A stretch of 64,000 nucleotides of DNA from Octopus vulgaris (lineage: Eukaryota). The stretch spans positions 75,640,001 through 75,704,000 of the forward strand of contig OX597817.1 in assembly GCA_951406725.2 (NCBI GenBank). Reading direction: 5' to 3'. How positions within the stretch are numbered: position 1 is the stretch's first letter; the number at the start of each line of letters is the position of its first letter. Under the pieces are notes generated by a model. The model did no database searches. It was not told the origin of the DNA and saw only the letters and a list, made by a program, of their open reading frames with translations. Of this stretch, positions 26,472 to 39,633 are shown one piece after another. The translations under genes were made by a program, and so were the position numbers.

Positions 26472-27530
26472 ATACAAATGGACCAGCACAAGATCGTTTT
26501 AGGAAGGATATTATCCAGTTAATGAAATACTTCGGACTTAATATAACTATAGATACTAACCTGACGGTTGTCAATTTCTTAGACGTTTCCTTAGATCTTA
26601 ATAAGAATATTTATAAACCTTATAGGAAGCCCAATGATAGACTAAGTTATATTAATGTAGGTTCATGCCATCCCCCTATAGTATTCAAAAATTTAGTTTA
26701 AAATATTAGTGAGAGGATTTCTAGCCTCTCCTCTGATAAGGACATCTTTAATAGCGTTGCCCCAGTTTATAATAAGGCTTTAAAAGATAGTGGTTTTAGC
26801 GAAAAAATAAAATATACACCCGTTACTAGCCCAACAGTAAGGAAAAGGAATAATAGAAATAGGAAGGTCATCTGGTTTACACCCCCTTACTCACCCGAGG
26901 TGGCCTTCAATATAAGTAAATATTTCCTAGCACTGATAGATAGAAATTTTCCAGTTAACCATGCTTATAGGAAACTCTTCAATAGACACAATTTAAAAAT
27001 TAGTTTTACTTCCACTACCAATTTTAAAAACATAATCAAACATAACATATAAAAAACACAAGAAAACAGCTGTTCCATGCAGGAATAAAGAATTGTGCCC
27101 GCTAAATGGAGCTTGCATGTCCAAGATCATCATATATGAAGCTACCGTAGACTCTATAACCACTAAAGACACCGTTTCGACGAAGAAATACGTGGGCCTT
27201 ACAGAGGGTAATTTCAAGGCCAGGTTCAATAACCACACTTTGAGCTTTAGGCACTGGAACAAAAGAAAAGCGACACAATTATCTAATCATATTTGGTCTT
27301 TAAGAGATAAAGGTGTCGATTATAACATACATTGGAAGATTTTGGCCAAATATAAACCCTATACCAACGGCAGCGGAAGGTGCAGTCTATGCGACATGGA
27401 GAGATGGCTTATCTGGAAAAGCAGCTTAGACCCTACTACATGTCTAAATTCAAGGACAGAACTTTTCGGATCATGCCCATATGTAACTAAATTTCGGTTA
27501 CGTTTTTGGTCCACTAAAGAAGACAGATAG
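26472..27530 (+). pseudogene. Penelope RT/GIY-YIG endonuclease pseudogene
   Basis: In-frame TAA near 26699 and frameshift(s) near 27045-27075; ORF 27093-27530 is the endonuclease domain. Confidence 0.88.
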
Positions 27531-27779
27531 AACATGCTTTCTATGTTATGTCCCAAGAAGGTTTTTTACCTCATCATACCTTTTATCATATATTTTTTTA
27601 TATATATTTTATGTATATATATATTTTTTATATATTTTTTATGTATTTTTTATGTATTTTTATATAATTTTTATGGCGAAATATGCGAGTGAAGATGTGT
27701 ACGTTCACATAGCGATGTATAAGTACGCAGGCAAGCAGAGTTATAATACAGTAATTTCCCTTTTTCATAGCGTTTTAAA

Positions 27780-27855
27780 ATAGCCAGATAACCGAAGAGA
27801 TGGCGGCGTGGATTCCCACTTCGGCATCTGAAACTCAGAGTTTTATCTTGACTAT
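27780..27855 (+). ncRNA. Hammerhead ribozyme motif in the Penelope 3' pseudo-LTR
   Basis: agataa-CCGAAGA-gatg..gtgg(attc)ccac..catct-GAAA-ctcagag-TT-ttatct; stem III is identical to the 17352 HHR. Confidence 0.75.
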
Positions 27856-27872
27856 CGAGTAATGTAACATAT

Positions 27873-27929
<57 letters not shown>

Positions 27930-28094
27930 ACGGGCTTCTTTCAGTTTCTGTCTACAATAGCCACTCGCAAAGCTTTTGTCGGCCCGAGGCTATAGTAGAA
28001 GACACTTGCCCAAGGTACCATGCTGTGGGACTGATCCCGGAACCATGTGGTTGATGTGGTTGGTACACAAGCTACTATATATGTATATATATTC

Positions 28095-28295
28095 TTTCTT
28101 TTCTTTTATTTGTTTCAGTCATTTGACTGAGATGAAGCTAGAGCACCGCGTTTGGTCGAGCAAATCGACTCCAGGACTTATTCTTTGTAAGCCTAGTATT
28201 TATTCTATCGGTCTATTATGCTGAACCGCTACGTCACGTGGACGTAAACTCATCAGCATCGGTTGTCAGGTGATGTTGAAAGGGGAGACAAACAG

Positions 28296-28353
<58 letters not shown>

Positions 28354-28500
28354 GACGGGCTTCTTTCAGTTTCCGTCTACCAAATCCACTCACAAGGATT
28401 TGTTCAGCCTGAGGCTATACTATAAGACACTTGCCCACGCAGTGGGACTGAAGTAGGAACAATGTGGTTGGTAAGCAAGATACTTGCCACACAGCCACTC
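28095..28500 (-). mobile_element. SINE family A, near full length
   Basis: Head, core and tail present. Confidence 0.88.
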
Positions 28501-28708
28501 TTACTATATATGTATATATATAATTATGGTACATTCTGTTAAGAACGTAGTAGAGTACAGTACAAAGCTCGCCCACCTTTAGATTTCGGCCTGTGCTATC
28601 CAGTAGTAATATTATACGTACTTCCATTTTTGGCTTGTATTGTGTGTGAATGGATAACTGAAAAATTTTGGAGTCAACAAGGAGTACTGTTAGACATTTA
28701 TTTTCAAT

Positions 28709-30636
28709 CACTGCAATTGTTCCTACGCAAAAAAAAAATGGTTTATTGTATTTTTCTATTGTTTATCAATCCATTTTTTCTGCTGATTCCAAAAATGAAA
28801 TTATTTTTTGTGTATCATCAGTTAAAAAAATATGTTGACTTTCAATGTTATTATATATTTGGTATTGTTTTAATGTTCCGCTACTAAATGTATGTCTAAT
28901 TTTCTCTTTGAGACCAATTACTAAGTTCTGCTACTTTCAGGACGGCTACTACAGTATGTAAAAATTCTCCAGATACATTTTGCTATGCGTGTGGTTATTA
29001 TATTGGTAAAAAACAGGTATTACATAAGATCGTGAAATTTGCCTAATTGTGGATAGTGTACAGACTCTATTTCGGAATGCTCATAGGTGACCAGGACAAA
29101 CCATGGACCCCATATGTGATATGTGGAAGCTGTCGATCTACTCTAGAAGGATGATTAAGAGGTACAGGAAGGTCAATGCTTTTGCCATTCCAAGGGTATG
29201 GTGAGAACCAAAGAACCATCACGATGACTGTTACTTTTGTATGATCGATGTGACAAAGTACAGAAAAGTGAGAGGAAGACAAGCTCTTCAGTATCCAGAC
29301 ATACCATCATCTAGAGCACCTGTCCCACATAATGACAGTTTACGAGTACCACAACCACTAGAAAATATTTCATCTGAAGAGTCAATAAGTAGCAGCAGCC
29401 AAGAAGTGGAGGAAGTTTTCGTACCAAGAACGTCTTCGGAGCCTCACTTTCCAAATCAACTAGATGATTTAATCAGGGATCTGGATCTTACTGGGTCAAG
29501 AGCTGAACTTCTTTCATCAAGGTTATGTTACACTCCATACAGAAAAAAATAAATTACGCTGAGTTCAAGTTGGATGTTTGTAGTGATTCCAAGATGCTTA
29601 CCTTTTTGCTTGGCTTGCAAGGGGGATACACAAAGTATTCATGTTTCTTTTGCTTATGGGAGAGCAGAGCTGATGATAATCATTACAAGAGAGTACATTG
29701 GACCCCACAAGTGAAACTGCAGCCAGGAATGTTAAATGTTCTCAAACAGCCTCTAGTAGATTCCAACAAAATCTTATTACCTCCATTTCATATCAAACTC
29801 GGATTGTTAAAATCAGATTGTGAAGGTCTTAAGTTTTAGAGGAAAAGCTTTTCAAGAAATTTGTCTTATGTTTCCAAAGATCAAGGGTGGCATATTTGTT
29901 GAGCCCCAAGTAAATGCAATGTTAAAGTCGAAGAAACTGGAAAGAGCGATGACAAAAGTTGAAAAAGAAGCTTGGTGTGCATTTCGTAATGTAGTTCGTG
30001 TATTCCTAGGAAATCACAAGGATACTAATTACAAACAGCTGGTAGTAAAGCTTATTGAAAACTTCAAGGAAATGGGTTGTTGTATGTCCTTAAAGGTTCA
30101 TTTTTTGCACTCTCACCTAGATCCCCCCCCCCGAAAAACTTGGGTGTTGTCAGTGAGGATCATGGTGAGAGGTTTCATCAGGACATTGCAACTATGCAAA
30201 AAAGATACCAAGGACGATGGGATACTGCTATGATGGGCGATTGTATATGGTCTCTAGTCAGAAGAGATGAAGGTATACACTCCAGAAAATCTCGATCGTC
30301 AAAGCACTTCTCATCTTAAGAAAAGAGTTATCAAAGCATTTACAGTTCAGAGTTTATTGTTTCTTTTTATTCTAATTAATATTATACTTCCTAAATACAT
30401 TTCAATATATGAAAAAATACTAAATGCTGTGTAATTATCCTTAAAATACTAAAATAGATTGAACCAACAAAGTGCTGTAGAGAAAAGTTACAAATATAAC
30501 GAGCAAATATGAAATTAGGAATAAATAAATAACTAACGATGTTACGTCAAAACGAATGTGATTTTTGAATTTAGTGGCAAAAATGCATATATCAACATTA
30601 AAAAATACAAATAAACAAAACATGTGTTACATTGTG
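28709..30636 (+). mobile_element. Chapaev3-type (CMC superfamily) DNA transposon, decayed and internally deleted
   Basis: CKNSPDTFCY, GDQDKPW, NHHDDCYFC, LLGLQGGYTKYSCFFCLWESR, ILLPPFHIKLG, MSLKVHFLHSHLD, HGERFHQDI motifs; imperfect ~70-bp TIRs with CAC...GTG termini. Confidence 0.8.
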
Positions 30637-31157
30637 TAATAGGCTAATTGGATTTCAATAAAGATCTATAAAGATCTATAATACCCTTTGGGGTAGGGCG
30701 AATTATAGGATAAAATGAGAAGGAAGCAAAGAGTAGTAGTATGAAGGAAATATGGTGACAGAGTGAAGGTTACTGATATCAGGTTAGGGAAGAAGAGCGT
30801 TGTCTAAGCGACAAATATGGAGTGGCAATGGGATGTAACGTTAATACAGCTGTCATACACACTCAACGCAGCATACATACTTTCGTAAATACATACATAC
30901 ATACATATATATACGCATGCACACTCACACATGCACATAAGTAACTTTCAAAACACTCAGGAAGGGGAAAAGGTGGGTGTGAGGAATACGTAGCTTTAAG
31001 GAAAGAGAGGCTAAGTGGTTTTACTGCTGTCCATCGCAAGGAAACACTCGCACACACACGTATATATATCTACCTACCTACCCACTTACATACATACATA
31101 CATACAACATACATACATACATACATACATACATACATAAATACATACACACATATA

Positions 31158-31732
31158 TCTACTATACATGACTCGTGATTACCTGTGTGTGCGGTGAATG
31201 TGTGTGTGTGTTTGTATATGTGTCACGACCTATAACTGTGTGTCTCTCCACTTTTGTAGGGTTTCCCCTGCTGCTGTCACATATTGTGAGATTTGGTATT
31301 TTCTACGTAAAATCCGAATTTGTTATTTACTTGTTCCAGAAAATTTGCAGAAAGTTTAATCATTTTTGCCCGATCAGGAAACAGGATTTGGAAGTTGGCA
31401 TTTTCTTCATGATAGCAGTCTATCACAAAATGAAAACAAAATCATTAGAAGGAGGAATTTTTATTAAACAAACTAAGGCAAAGCATTACTACCATCAAAG
31501 TTGTAAGAACTTCTGAAGTTTTAATAAGTTTTAATGACTAAAGTCATGTAAATAATTTAAAAAGGAACTAAAAAAATCCTTAACGAAGTTTTATTGCAAA
31601 AAATTACACAAATCTGTCCTGATCAAGTGGTTTATCTGTCGGGGAAGGCATTGTCTGTCATGGAATAAACAAAAATTTATATAAGACATTTTATTGCAAA
31701 AATTCCTCCGCAACGATGGGCTATTCAGCTCG
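31158..31732 (+). mobile_element. Non-autonomous Helitron, degenerate
   Basis: A|TCTACTATA start with a (TG)n tract; 3' ccgcaacgatggg..ttcagCTCG|T (CTAG variant). Confidence 0.55.
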
Positions 31733-31739
31733 TGTGGGT

Positions 31740-31831
<92 letters not shown>

Positions 31832-32183
31832 CAATAATAATAATAACATTTATGAAGTAGCATTAGCATTACCTTTAATTCCTTTATACACACAAACACA
31901 CACACATACACACACACACACACACACATATATACAGCATCAAACAGACCTACATATGTTTCTACTGCATCGATTATTAGCTGTTGCAAATGCAACCTTA
32001 CTATAATGCCGGTGCAGTTTCTTTAGGGTTTTCAATTTGATATCTTTTGATTTAATTGTTTAAAGTTTTATGTTGATTTTCTTTGTGTTGTATGATGTGG
32101 AGTTCTACGTTAATTTAGACGCGAACTATCTTCAATTCAAGTAATGATTGGATAGTCCCTCGTTTATTCCTTATAGTCAGTCA

Positions 32184-32308
<125 letters not shown>

Positions 32309-32414
32309 CATATTGACACGAGTGCACATGTGTATATGATATTAATAAAGCGAGAATTTGTTGTATGGCAGTTGAGACACCTGTATTTCTTATCTATGAG
32401 TATTTTTTTAATAC

Positions 32415-32568
32415 ATTCCTTTATTCGTTTATGTGTTCCAACCCAAAGACTGTGGCCATGATGGGATACTACCATTTAAAGCAATGTCATAATATAGCTA
32501 GCAGGTTTGAACAACGCGCTTTTTGTATGCAGTCGAGCCGTACTAACCACTATACCAAAATGGCCGCC
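32415..32568 (-). mobile_element. Short tRNA-derived SINE (distinct head, SINE A-like tail)
   Basis: Minus strand tggtatagtgg (A box), gttcaaacc (B box), then catcatggccacagtc tail. Confidence 0.55.
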
Positions 32569-33218
32569 GAAATATTCGGCAGAATATCAAGAGGATGTAA
32601 GCACTCTTTGGAAGAATAGTTTTTGACACTGCTTCCCTCATCTTAAGTCAAAGTGGTACCACCACCACCACCACCATCACCACCACCACCACCACCATCA
32701 CCACCACCACCACCATCACCACCACCACCACCACCACCATCACTACCATACCACCCCACCCCCACCACCACTGCTGCCACCACAGCCAGTACCACTAACC
32801 CCCGTCGCCGCCGCCAACAGCAACAGCAGTGGTAGCTGAAGTAACGACAAAGTAACCAATAACAAAAATGGCAACACAAACGAAAGAACGGATAGTGACA
32901 GTAATACCGATATCGTTACCGGTACCACCAGTACCCGCTGCAATTAATGGCAGCAGCAACAGCGCAACAACAATGACATAAGCAACAAAATAAACACACA
33001 TAGACTTACATGGATCTGTATGAACGTATATGTATATATTACATATGCACATGTCTGCATGTGCACGTATATGATTGTATATATGTATGCATGTTCATGC
33101 ATACACACACACATATAACCCCGCTTATATTGGGTATTATGTATCTAGAATATTCTGATAAACAGTTATAGGCTCATTTATGAAGAAGAATATGAGTATC
33201 ATCTTATTCCCCAAATCG

Positions 33219-33253
<35 letters not shown>

Positions 33254-33696
33254 CATATATGCATTTATGTACACATGAAACGTAGGACATACATAATCAT
33301 AATATATACAACATTAGAGTATCATATTTTGTCTAAGAAAGGAAAAGGATAATTACAGCTGCTTATCGGCTAGTATTATTACTTCACAATCAGTCACTTG
33401 GTACGTTAGCATAACCGTATTATGAAATAGAATGGAGCAATTTTCACTTATTTCTTGTCTTTTATTTTTGCCTTCCCCCGTTTTAACAAATAACTATAAT
33501 AATTATATTATTTTATCGTTTTATTTCTTAGACGAACCAGCGATAGCAAGATACAACAATAACAATTACGAATCCAAGAAATGTAACATTGGAGATGTAA
33601 CGGTTAATGGCTTATGCGAACATCTATCTGTCCACATCTGATATAAAATTCCTACTGTCACTACTACTGCAGCCGCAAATACTACTACTGCTGCTG

Positions 33697-33739
<43 letters not shown>

Positions 33740-33753
33740 CACTACTACTACTG

Positions 33754-33830
<77 letters not shown>

Positions 33831-33852
33831 GTTGCTACTACTATTCTGCCGA

Positions 33853-33957
33853 ACCACCACCACCAGCGCTGCTACCACCACCACCAGCGCTGCTACCACC
33901 ACTACCAGCGCTGCTACCACCACCACCAGCGCTGCTACCACCACCACCAGCGCTGCT
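33853..33957. repeat. 21-bp minisatellite (accaccaccaccagcgctgct) x5 next to (CTA)n
   Basis: Direct reading. Confidence 0.95.
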
Positions 33958-34409
33958 ACCACCACCACCACCACCATCACCACTACTACTACTATTGGTA
34001 CTGTTGGTGTTCGTGGAAGACAGATTTACTGTGCTTACACCGAGTATCGAGGCCGATGCGGTACTTCAGCATGGTTGCAGTCCAGTGCCTTGGGAAAGTG
34101 TTTCATATTGTTGCCCCCGTGAATGAAAGAAAGTAAAGTCTACTTGTTTTGGTGTGGTAGGCCTAAACTGGGGCCCTGCCAAACCCCATTAACTAGTCAT
34201 GGTTTTGTCTTTAACGGAGTTCCTTATGTTGTAGGTTTTTATTGTTGGAGTCCCAGTATGAGATTGACTCAATATCTCTTTACGTTGCTTTCTGCTCTAG
34301 TACCTTTGTGCCATGGTTTTTCCCCTCATACGCTTCTACTGCCCTACAGGGGTCTGCAAAGTTTGGTGGGGGCTGCCCTTTACGTAATAAGCAGCAATAA
34401 AAGCAATTG

Positions 34410-34622
34410 CTTCAAATTTTGGCACAGGCCAGTAATTTTAGCGGGACGGTGTTTGTTAATTTAATCGACTCTAGTACTTGAATGATTCGTTATTCTATTG
34501 ATCCTAAAAGGATGAAAGGTAAAGTTGACCTCAGCGGGATTTGAACTCATAAGGTAAAGAGCCGGAAGAAATGCCGCAAAGCATTTTGTCTGATGCCCTC
34601 ACCATTCTGCCAGCTCACCTTA
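34410..34622 (-). mobile_element. SINE family B
   Basis: Reverse-complement homology to 38439-38673 with the alternative tail. Confidence 0.8.
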
Positions 34623-35694
34623 GAGGTACAGCTGTTGACATTCAGGTCAGGTTAGTTCAAGCATGGGGCATGCGCTGTTGCAGCGCGAGGCTGAATCCAA
34701 CCTTCATTGGTATTTGCTCGGGTTGTCTCGGGCAACCTTCCGAACCGTGTCTCAGTCAGTTCCCATCACTACGAAATACTTACCTCATCTTTCGTGACCA
34801 TGAGGCAACAGAGAGGAGAACACGATACGCAGGGTCCAACTTGGAAAATCGAGCAACATGTTTAGTCAAAAGGAAAACATCGTAATGTCATTCAGTTTTC
34901 AATTCGGCATTTAAAAATAATAATAATAATAATGATCTTAATAATAAAAACAATGCGAAAGTAATATTTTATTCTTTGAAAACTACAGAAGAAAACGGTA
35001 TCTACAATAATAAAGATAAGAACGTTTATGTATGTATATTATTATCTGATCGAAAAAAAAATTCCCGTAAAGATCTTTGAACAAAATAAGTCACTGGAGA
35101 GAGATCTGTAGAAACTGATAGGTTTAATCAAGTAATATAGTAATGACTGTGAAATCATAAGTCTATGGAAATGAGTCCAGTATAATATTTGAACATCAGC
35201 TGCTGATAATATCTGATAAGTATAATGTTATGTCAAACTTAGTTACGACAAATAATTCCTGAAAAGTGGAACAGAGTTTTGAGCATGTAGAGTAGGGAAT
35301 GGGAATTACATTTTTTTTTCTTTTCTTTTGAGGAAGCACAAGTTACTTGATCGTTTTCTATTCGAGATTGCATCAACAACAGATGTTGTCAAGACGACAA
35401 TGATGAAAATCATGAGAAAAATTCCATCAAAATCTACACCTTCAGACATTAGAAGTTGTGTAGTAAACACAATTATAGATACACTCCTAATACCACTGAC
35501 AACTACCACCAATACCATTACGTCTTCAACAACACCATCAACAACATCATCATCACCAATAACGCCAGCAATGATAGCAGCCATGGAATCCTCGAGAAAG
35601 CTTCTTAGGTTTCATAATAAAGTTTAAACTGCAACACACACATACACATGCGCGTACATATATTCTTACATGCACGCATAAGAGTAAAAGCGCA

Positions 35695-35950
35695 ATGACC
35701 CCCTTCGGTCATGAATGACCACGGGATCGCACCTAAAAAGTTCCCCTCCAAGGCACAAGTCCGGGCAAGGTTGTTTATGGAAGATCAGTAGTCGCCCATG
35801 CATACAAGCCTCTTCTCCCCCACCCCAGAGATGTTATCCAAGGGAAATGCAAAGGCAGATACAGCTTGGCAGCAGTGACGTCATAAGTCATTTCTACAGC
35901 TGGGTGAACTGGAACAGCATGAAATAAAATGTCTTACTCAAGAACACGAC
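35695..35950 (-). mobile_element. Headless SINE fragment of another family (CORE/Meta-like block); related piece at ~24125-24215
   Basis: Minus strand gtgttcttgagtaagaca...ccagttcacccagctgtagaaatg. Confidence 0.55.
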
Positions 35951-36539
35951 ATACATATTTCGCAGCTGATGTTACTGAGTAATTCGAAAGTAATTAAAAA
36001 CCTGTATCGGTTCATAAAATTGCAAGTCTAACTCCAAATACCTAGTCTTCGGTGACAGAAGAACACTCATCAGAATAATATTTCCACGTATGTATATTGA
36101 AATGTAGTCTTCGACATTTGAATTACCTGAATGAAACATTTGACACCATTTAAAGAATATTCGCCAAATACTTCCATATTGATATAGAATGATACTGCTA
36201 GGATTGGTATTGGCACTGGAGCATCATAAGAAGATTATTGGCTTAGTCGTTAGCGCAAAGCTTCCCGTCAGCAGTCGTAATTAAAGTATTTGCATTCTTC
36301 GAGCGATATCAAGTGCATTGCTTCCATGAAATGTGGATAATTTATTTGATAATGGATTATTACTATGATAAGTTTATTAAGTGAATTTGTCTGGTAATTT
36401 CTTATCAAAGATTGCGAAGAAATCATTTAGATATTAAATATTCTTCACTATCTTAGAAATGTTATATTTTATTTTAACATACGCAAGTTAAAAAATACCA
36501 CTGTGTATACCACCATTCATTATGTATATACATACAATA

Positions 36540-37265
36540 GCACTAACTGTAATATTTTGCTTCTCAAAGAAACCTATGTGTTAAAAACATAAGGATTCGT
36601 TAAAAAAACTGGTGGATTGCCCGCTGTTTCGACCTGATTTTGCCTTATCACTGATGAATATTTCGGACGATCTGAACTACACCGAAAATGCCTTTTCCGA
36701 TACAGAAATCTACTGATTTGTATGAAAGTTAAGGAGCTTAGAATTAGAGTAATATACATATCTGAAACAACCTTAGATTAAAATACAGGTGCGTATAAAG
36801 TTTACAATGAGTATACAAATATAAAACGCCACTAGGTGTAATATTTTGTTCAGAAAAAGACTTCTCAAAGATACTTATACGTTAAAAGCACAGGGATTCG
36901 TTCAGAAAACTGGGGGATCACTATCCACAGTATTTCAAATTGATTTCCTCTCCTCAGTGATGAATAATCTAGACATTCTGAACTTAGCCAAAAACGCCTG
37001 TTTCAATATAGAAACTGGTAAATAAAATAGTTACTGACTTGTGCGAAATAGCCAGGGTAGATTAAAATACTGGTGTGTATGACATTCATAATGTAGAAAC
37101 ACACTGCTAGCGGCACTAGCAGTAATATTTTATCTCATAAAAATTCTTCAAAGATGCTTGTATGTTAAAACCACAGAGCTTCTTTCAGAACGCTGGTGGT
37201 TCATTAGACACGGTTTTTCGATCTTATTTGGTTTCCTCAATGACGAACAACACGAACGTTCTGAG
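36540..37265 (-). repeat. Diverged ~285-300-bp tandem repeat (about 2.5 units), each unit with a decayed HHR motif
   Basis: taatatttt..tcaaaga..gttaaaa..ctggtgg repeats at ~36550, ~36839 and ~37123; minus-strand (C/T)TGAGGA...GAAA...GTG(TC) at 36917-36964 and 37200-37247. Confidence 0.75.
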
Positions 37266-38438
37266 ATTATGTATCACATATTAATAATCCCCAAACCAAA
37301 AGTTTTTTCATAGAAATAAATATAATTTAAGCATTGTTTCATAACCTAATGTTTTTTCATACATATTATCTGATAGGAGCAATTTCTCGCTAGATTATTT
37401 CCGTAGTGAAAGGTCTACCTACGTCCAAATGTACACGAACGAGTTAAATACGACTGTACACACCTATATTTTACCTGATGCTGCTTCGTGCAACTTAAGT
37501 TTGATAATTATAACTTGACAAAGCTTTACGGACGTTAGCAAACGTACTATTTGCTGTTCTTAAAGAGCTGTGAAGGACCGATTCGGAATTCGTATATGAC
37601 GACGTATAATAACGCATAAACGCAATGCTATTATTCATAGCCCAATGTATTGTCTATGAAGAGAAATTTTTTGGAAACTATTTCCGCGAAGAATTGTTTC
37701 TTATACCGCACTTTTAAAAAAATCATCTTTATAAAACAGAAACATAAGTTGCGATGTTTATGGGTTTGTCACTAACACTATATCAACAACTTTAAAGCAT
37801 TGAAATGATTATGACGGGAACTAACTTTAACCAGACTTGTAACTATGTCACAATCTCAATATTCTTAGAAAGGGCGGATGGAATTTTACAATATACGAGA
37901 ATTTCAAAAGGACGTGTAACAATAAAGATGAAGGTAAATAATGTGAAAATTATATTTGAGCCGGTCTGTGTTACTTTCTTCTTGGCTCTTCTTGGCTGAA
38001 GACAAAAGCTTTATATTTTTGGGAAAAGGGAACGTAAGCCTTTACTAAGCACATTCGTAGCATGATTACTGTCCACATATTTAATGTTGAGATCCTAAAA
38101 TATCCAATTAGAGATAATTATTTGAAGAAGAAAATATCCGCTCTATAATATTTTAATCATTTTGGCGAATTATAACCGGTTATGTTTTAGGCTCCATGGC
38201 CCATCGACTTCACTGTATTTGCTGAAGTAATAATGGGAATATTACTGAGTAGATGTACAATATTATGCAGATGTATATAATACGTATATGTACAGACACA
38301 ACACCGACATTCTGGAACCTCTTATAATCCGCAACTAATTTATGAGCAGAACCTTTAACTGCCCGTGGCTGCCAGACTAATTTACTGCCAGCTTGCACGG
38401 ACGAGTGCCTTACACGGTACTGTATTACTAGACTTGTA

Positions 38439-38673
38439 AGGCGGCGAGCTGGTAGAAACGTTAGCACGCCGGGCGAAATGCTTAACAGTATTTCGTCTGT
38501 CTTTACGTTCTGAGTTCAAATTCCGTCGAGGTCGACTTTGCCTTTCAGCCTTTCGGGATCGATTAAATAAGTACCAGTTACGCACTGGGGTCGATGTAAT
38601 CGACTTAATCCGTTTGTCTGTCCTTGTTTGTCCCCTCTGTGTTTAGCCCCTTGTGGGTAGTAAAGAAATAGGC
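38439..38673 (+). mobile_element. SINE family B, young full-length copy with a 20-bp TSD
   Basis: actgtattactagacttgta at 38419-38438 and 38674-38693; tRNA-like head (gttcaaatt B box); gcctttca.cctttcggg.tcgat.aaataagtacc Deu/Nin-like domain. Confidence 0.93.
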
Positions 38674-39403
38674 ACTGTATTACTAGACTTGTATCATTTA
38701 TATCAATGTAAAAGTACCTGTATTACATTTAATTATTAAAGTAAATATAATAAATTTAGAGTTGTTCATGTAATAATAAACTTGAAAAAAGTAGCAAATT
38801 TAAAACAATTGTCAGATGTTAATTACTTGGCAACGCCATCTGCATGCAAAAACACCACCAAAAAACAAGACGGAAGTTATTTCCAATCATATTTAATATA
38901 ATGTGCAGAATAAATGTAATAAGTATTAATGCGGTGAGGGTGAGGGAAAAAAAAAACAAAAAATAAATCAATAACTGTCAAGAAATGTTATTTTAATCGA
39001 TTTGGCAAGTACAGGAGAAATTTCGTCAAGCGAGAATCGAAACTACTTACTTCATAACATTGTGACCACCTACTTCTACAATAAATGTTACGAAAAACAT
39101 CGATAAACGCGATATTGAAGAAAAGCTAAGCAGTAATAATAAGAAAACAGGATTTAAATTGGTTCTGTGAAGTCATAAACATTTTAAAAACAAAATTCGT
39201 TCTTTTGTTTGTCTCTTTCATTGAACCGCGGCCATGCCAGGCATCGCATTGTAGGGATAGGTCGAATAAATCGACCCTAGTACTTATTTTTCAAGTGTGA
39301 TGCTTATGCTGCCGTTATCTTTAGCCGAGGCGCAAAGTTTCGGAGATATAAATAAAGCAACACCGATTGTCAATCGATGGGAAGAGAAACACAAATACAC
39401 TTA

Positions 39404-39535
39404 CGCACATACATACATACGCACATACATACATACGCACATACATACATATGCACATACATACATACGCACATACATACATACGCACATACATACATAC
39501 GCACATACATACATACGCACATACATACATACGCA
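39404..39535. repeat. 16-bp minisatellite (cgcacatacatacata)n
   Basis: Direct reading. Confidence 0.9.
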
Positions 39536-39633
39536 CACAATCACTGTAGTTTGCAAAATTCAGTTATTAGGCATTAATCGACTCGCGGTGCCGCATAGTG
39601 GGACTGAAACAGGAACGTGCTTGCGCCCTAAAA

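Larger units (their letters stand above)
26441..27880 (+). mobile_element. 5'-truncated Penelope-like retroelement (probably Naiad-type)
   Basis: RT C-terminus VVNFLDVSLDL..YKPYRKPN..SCHPP, linker VIWFTPPYS, Cys cluster CxCxxxxxCPLNGAC, GIY-YIG-like IIYEA..KYVGLTEGNFKARFNNH..CSLC; 3' HHR; flanked by (TA)n. Confidence 0.9.
26195..28075 (-). mobile_element. SINE A split by a Penelope insertion (tail 26195-26400, head 27927-28075)
   Basis: The two halves are collinear and separated at the SINE's internal (TA)n tract. Confidence 0.8.

Noticed and set aside
26441-27880. Selenocysteine recoding, as reported for some Naiad elements
   Set aside because: The interruptions seen are TAA and frameshifts, not in-frame TGA at Cys positions; no SECIS recognised
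33607-34122. Mucin-like TTTTSAA ORF
   Set aside because: Derived from a minisatellite plus (CTA)n and runs into a SINE head
34776-34786. U1 snRNA 5' end (ATACTTACCT)
   Set aside because: Downstream sequence does not match U1
35328-35627. 99-aa Thr/Ser-rich ORF
   Set aside because: Looks like decayed trinucleotide repeats; non-canonical acceptor and no recognisable domain
36035-36078. Minus-strand CTGATGA-gtg..cac-cGAAG hammerhead-like motif
   Set aside because: GAAA core and stem I are not satisfied
36651-36718. C/D-box snoRNA reading (TGATGA...CTGA) of the tandem repeat
   Set aside because: No recognisable guide sequence; the TGATGA is better explained as stem I of the minus-strand HHR
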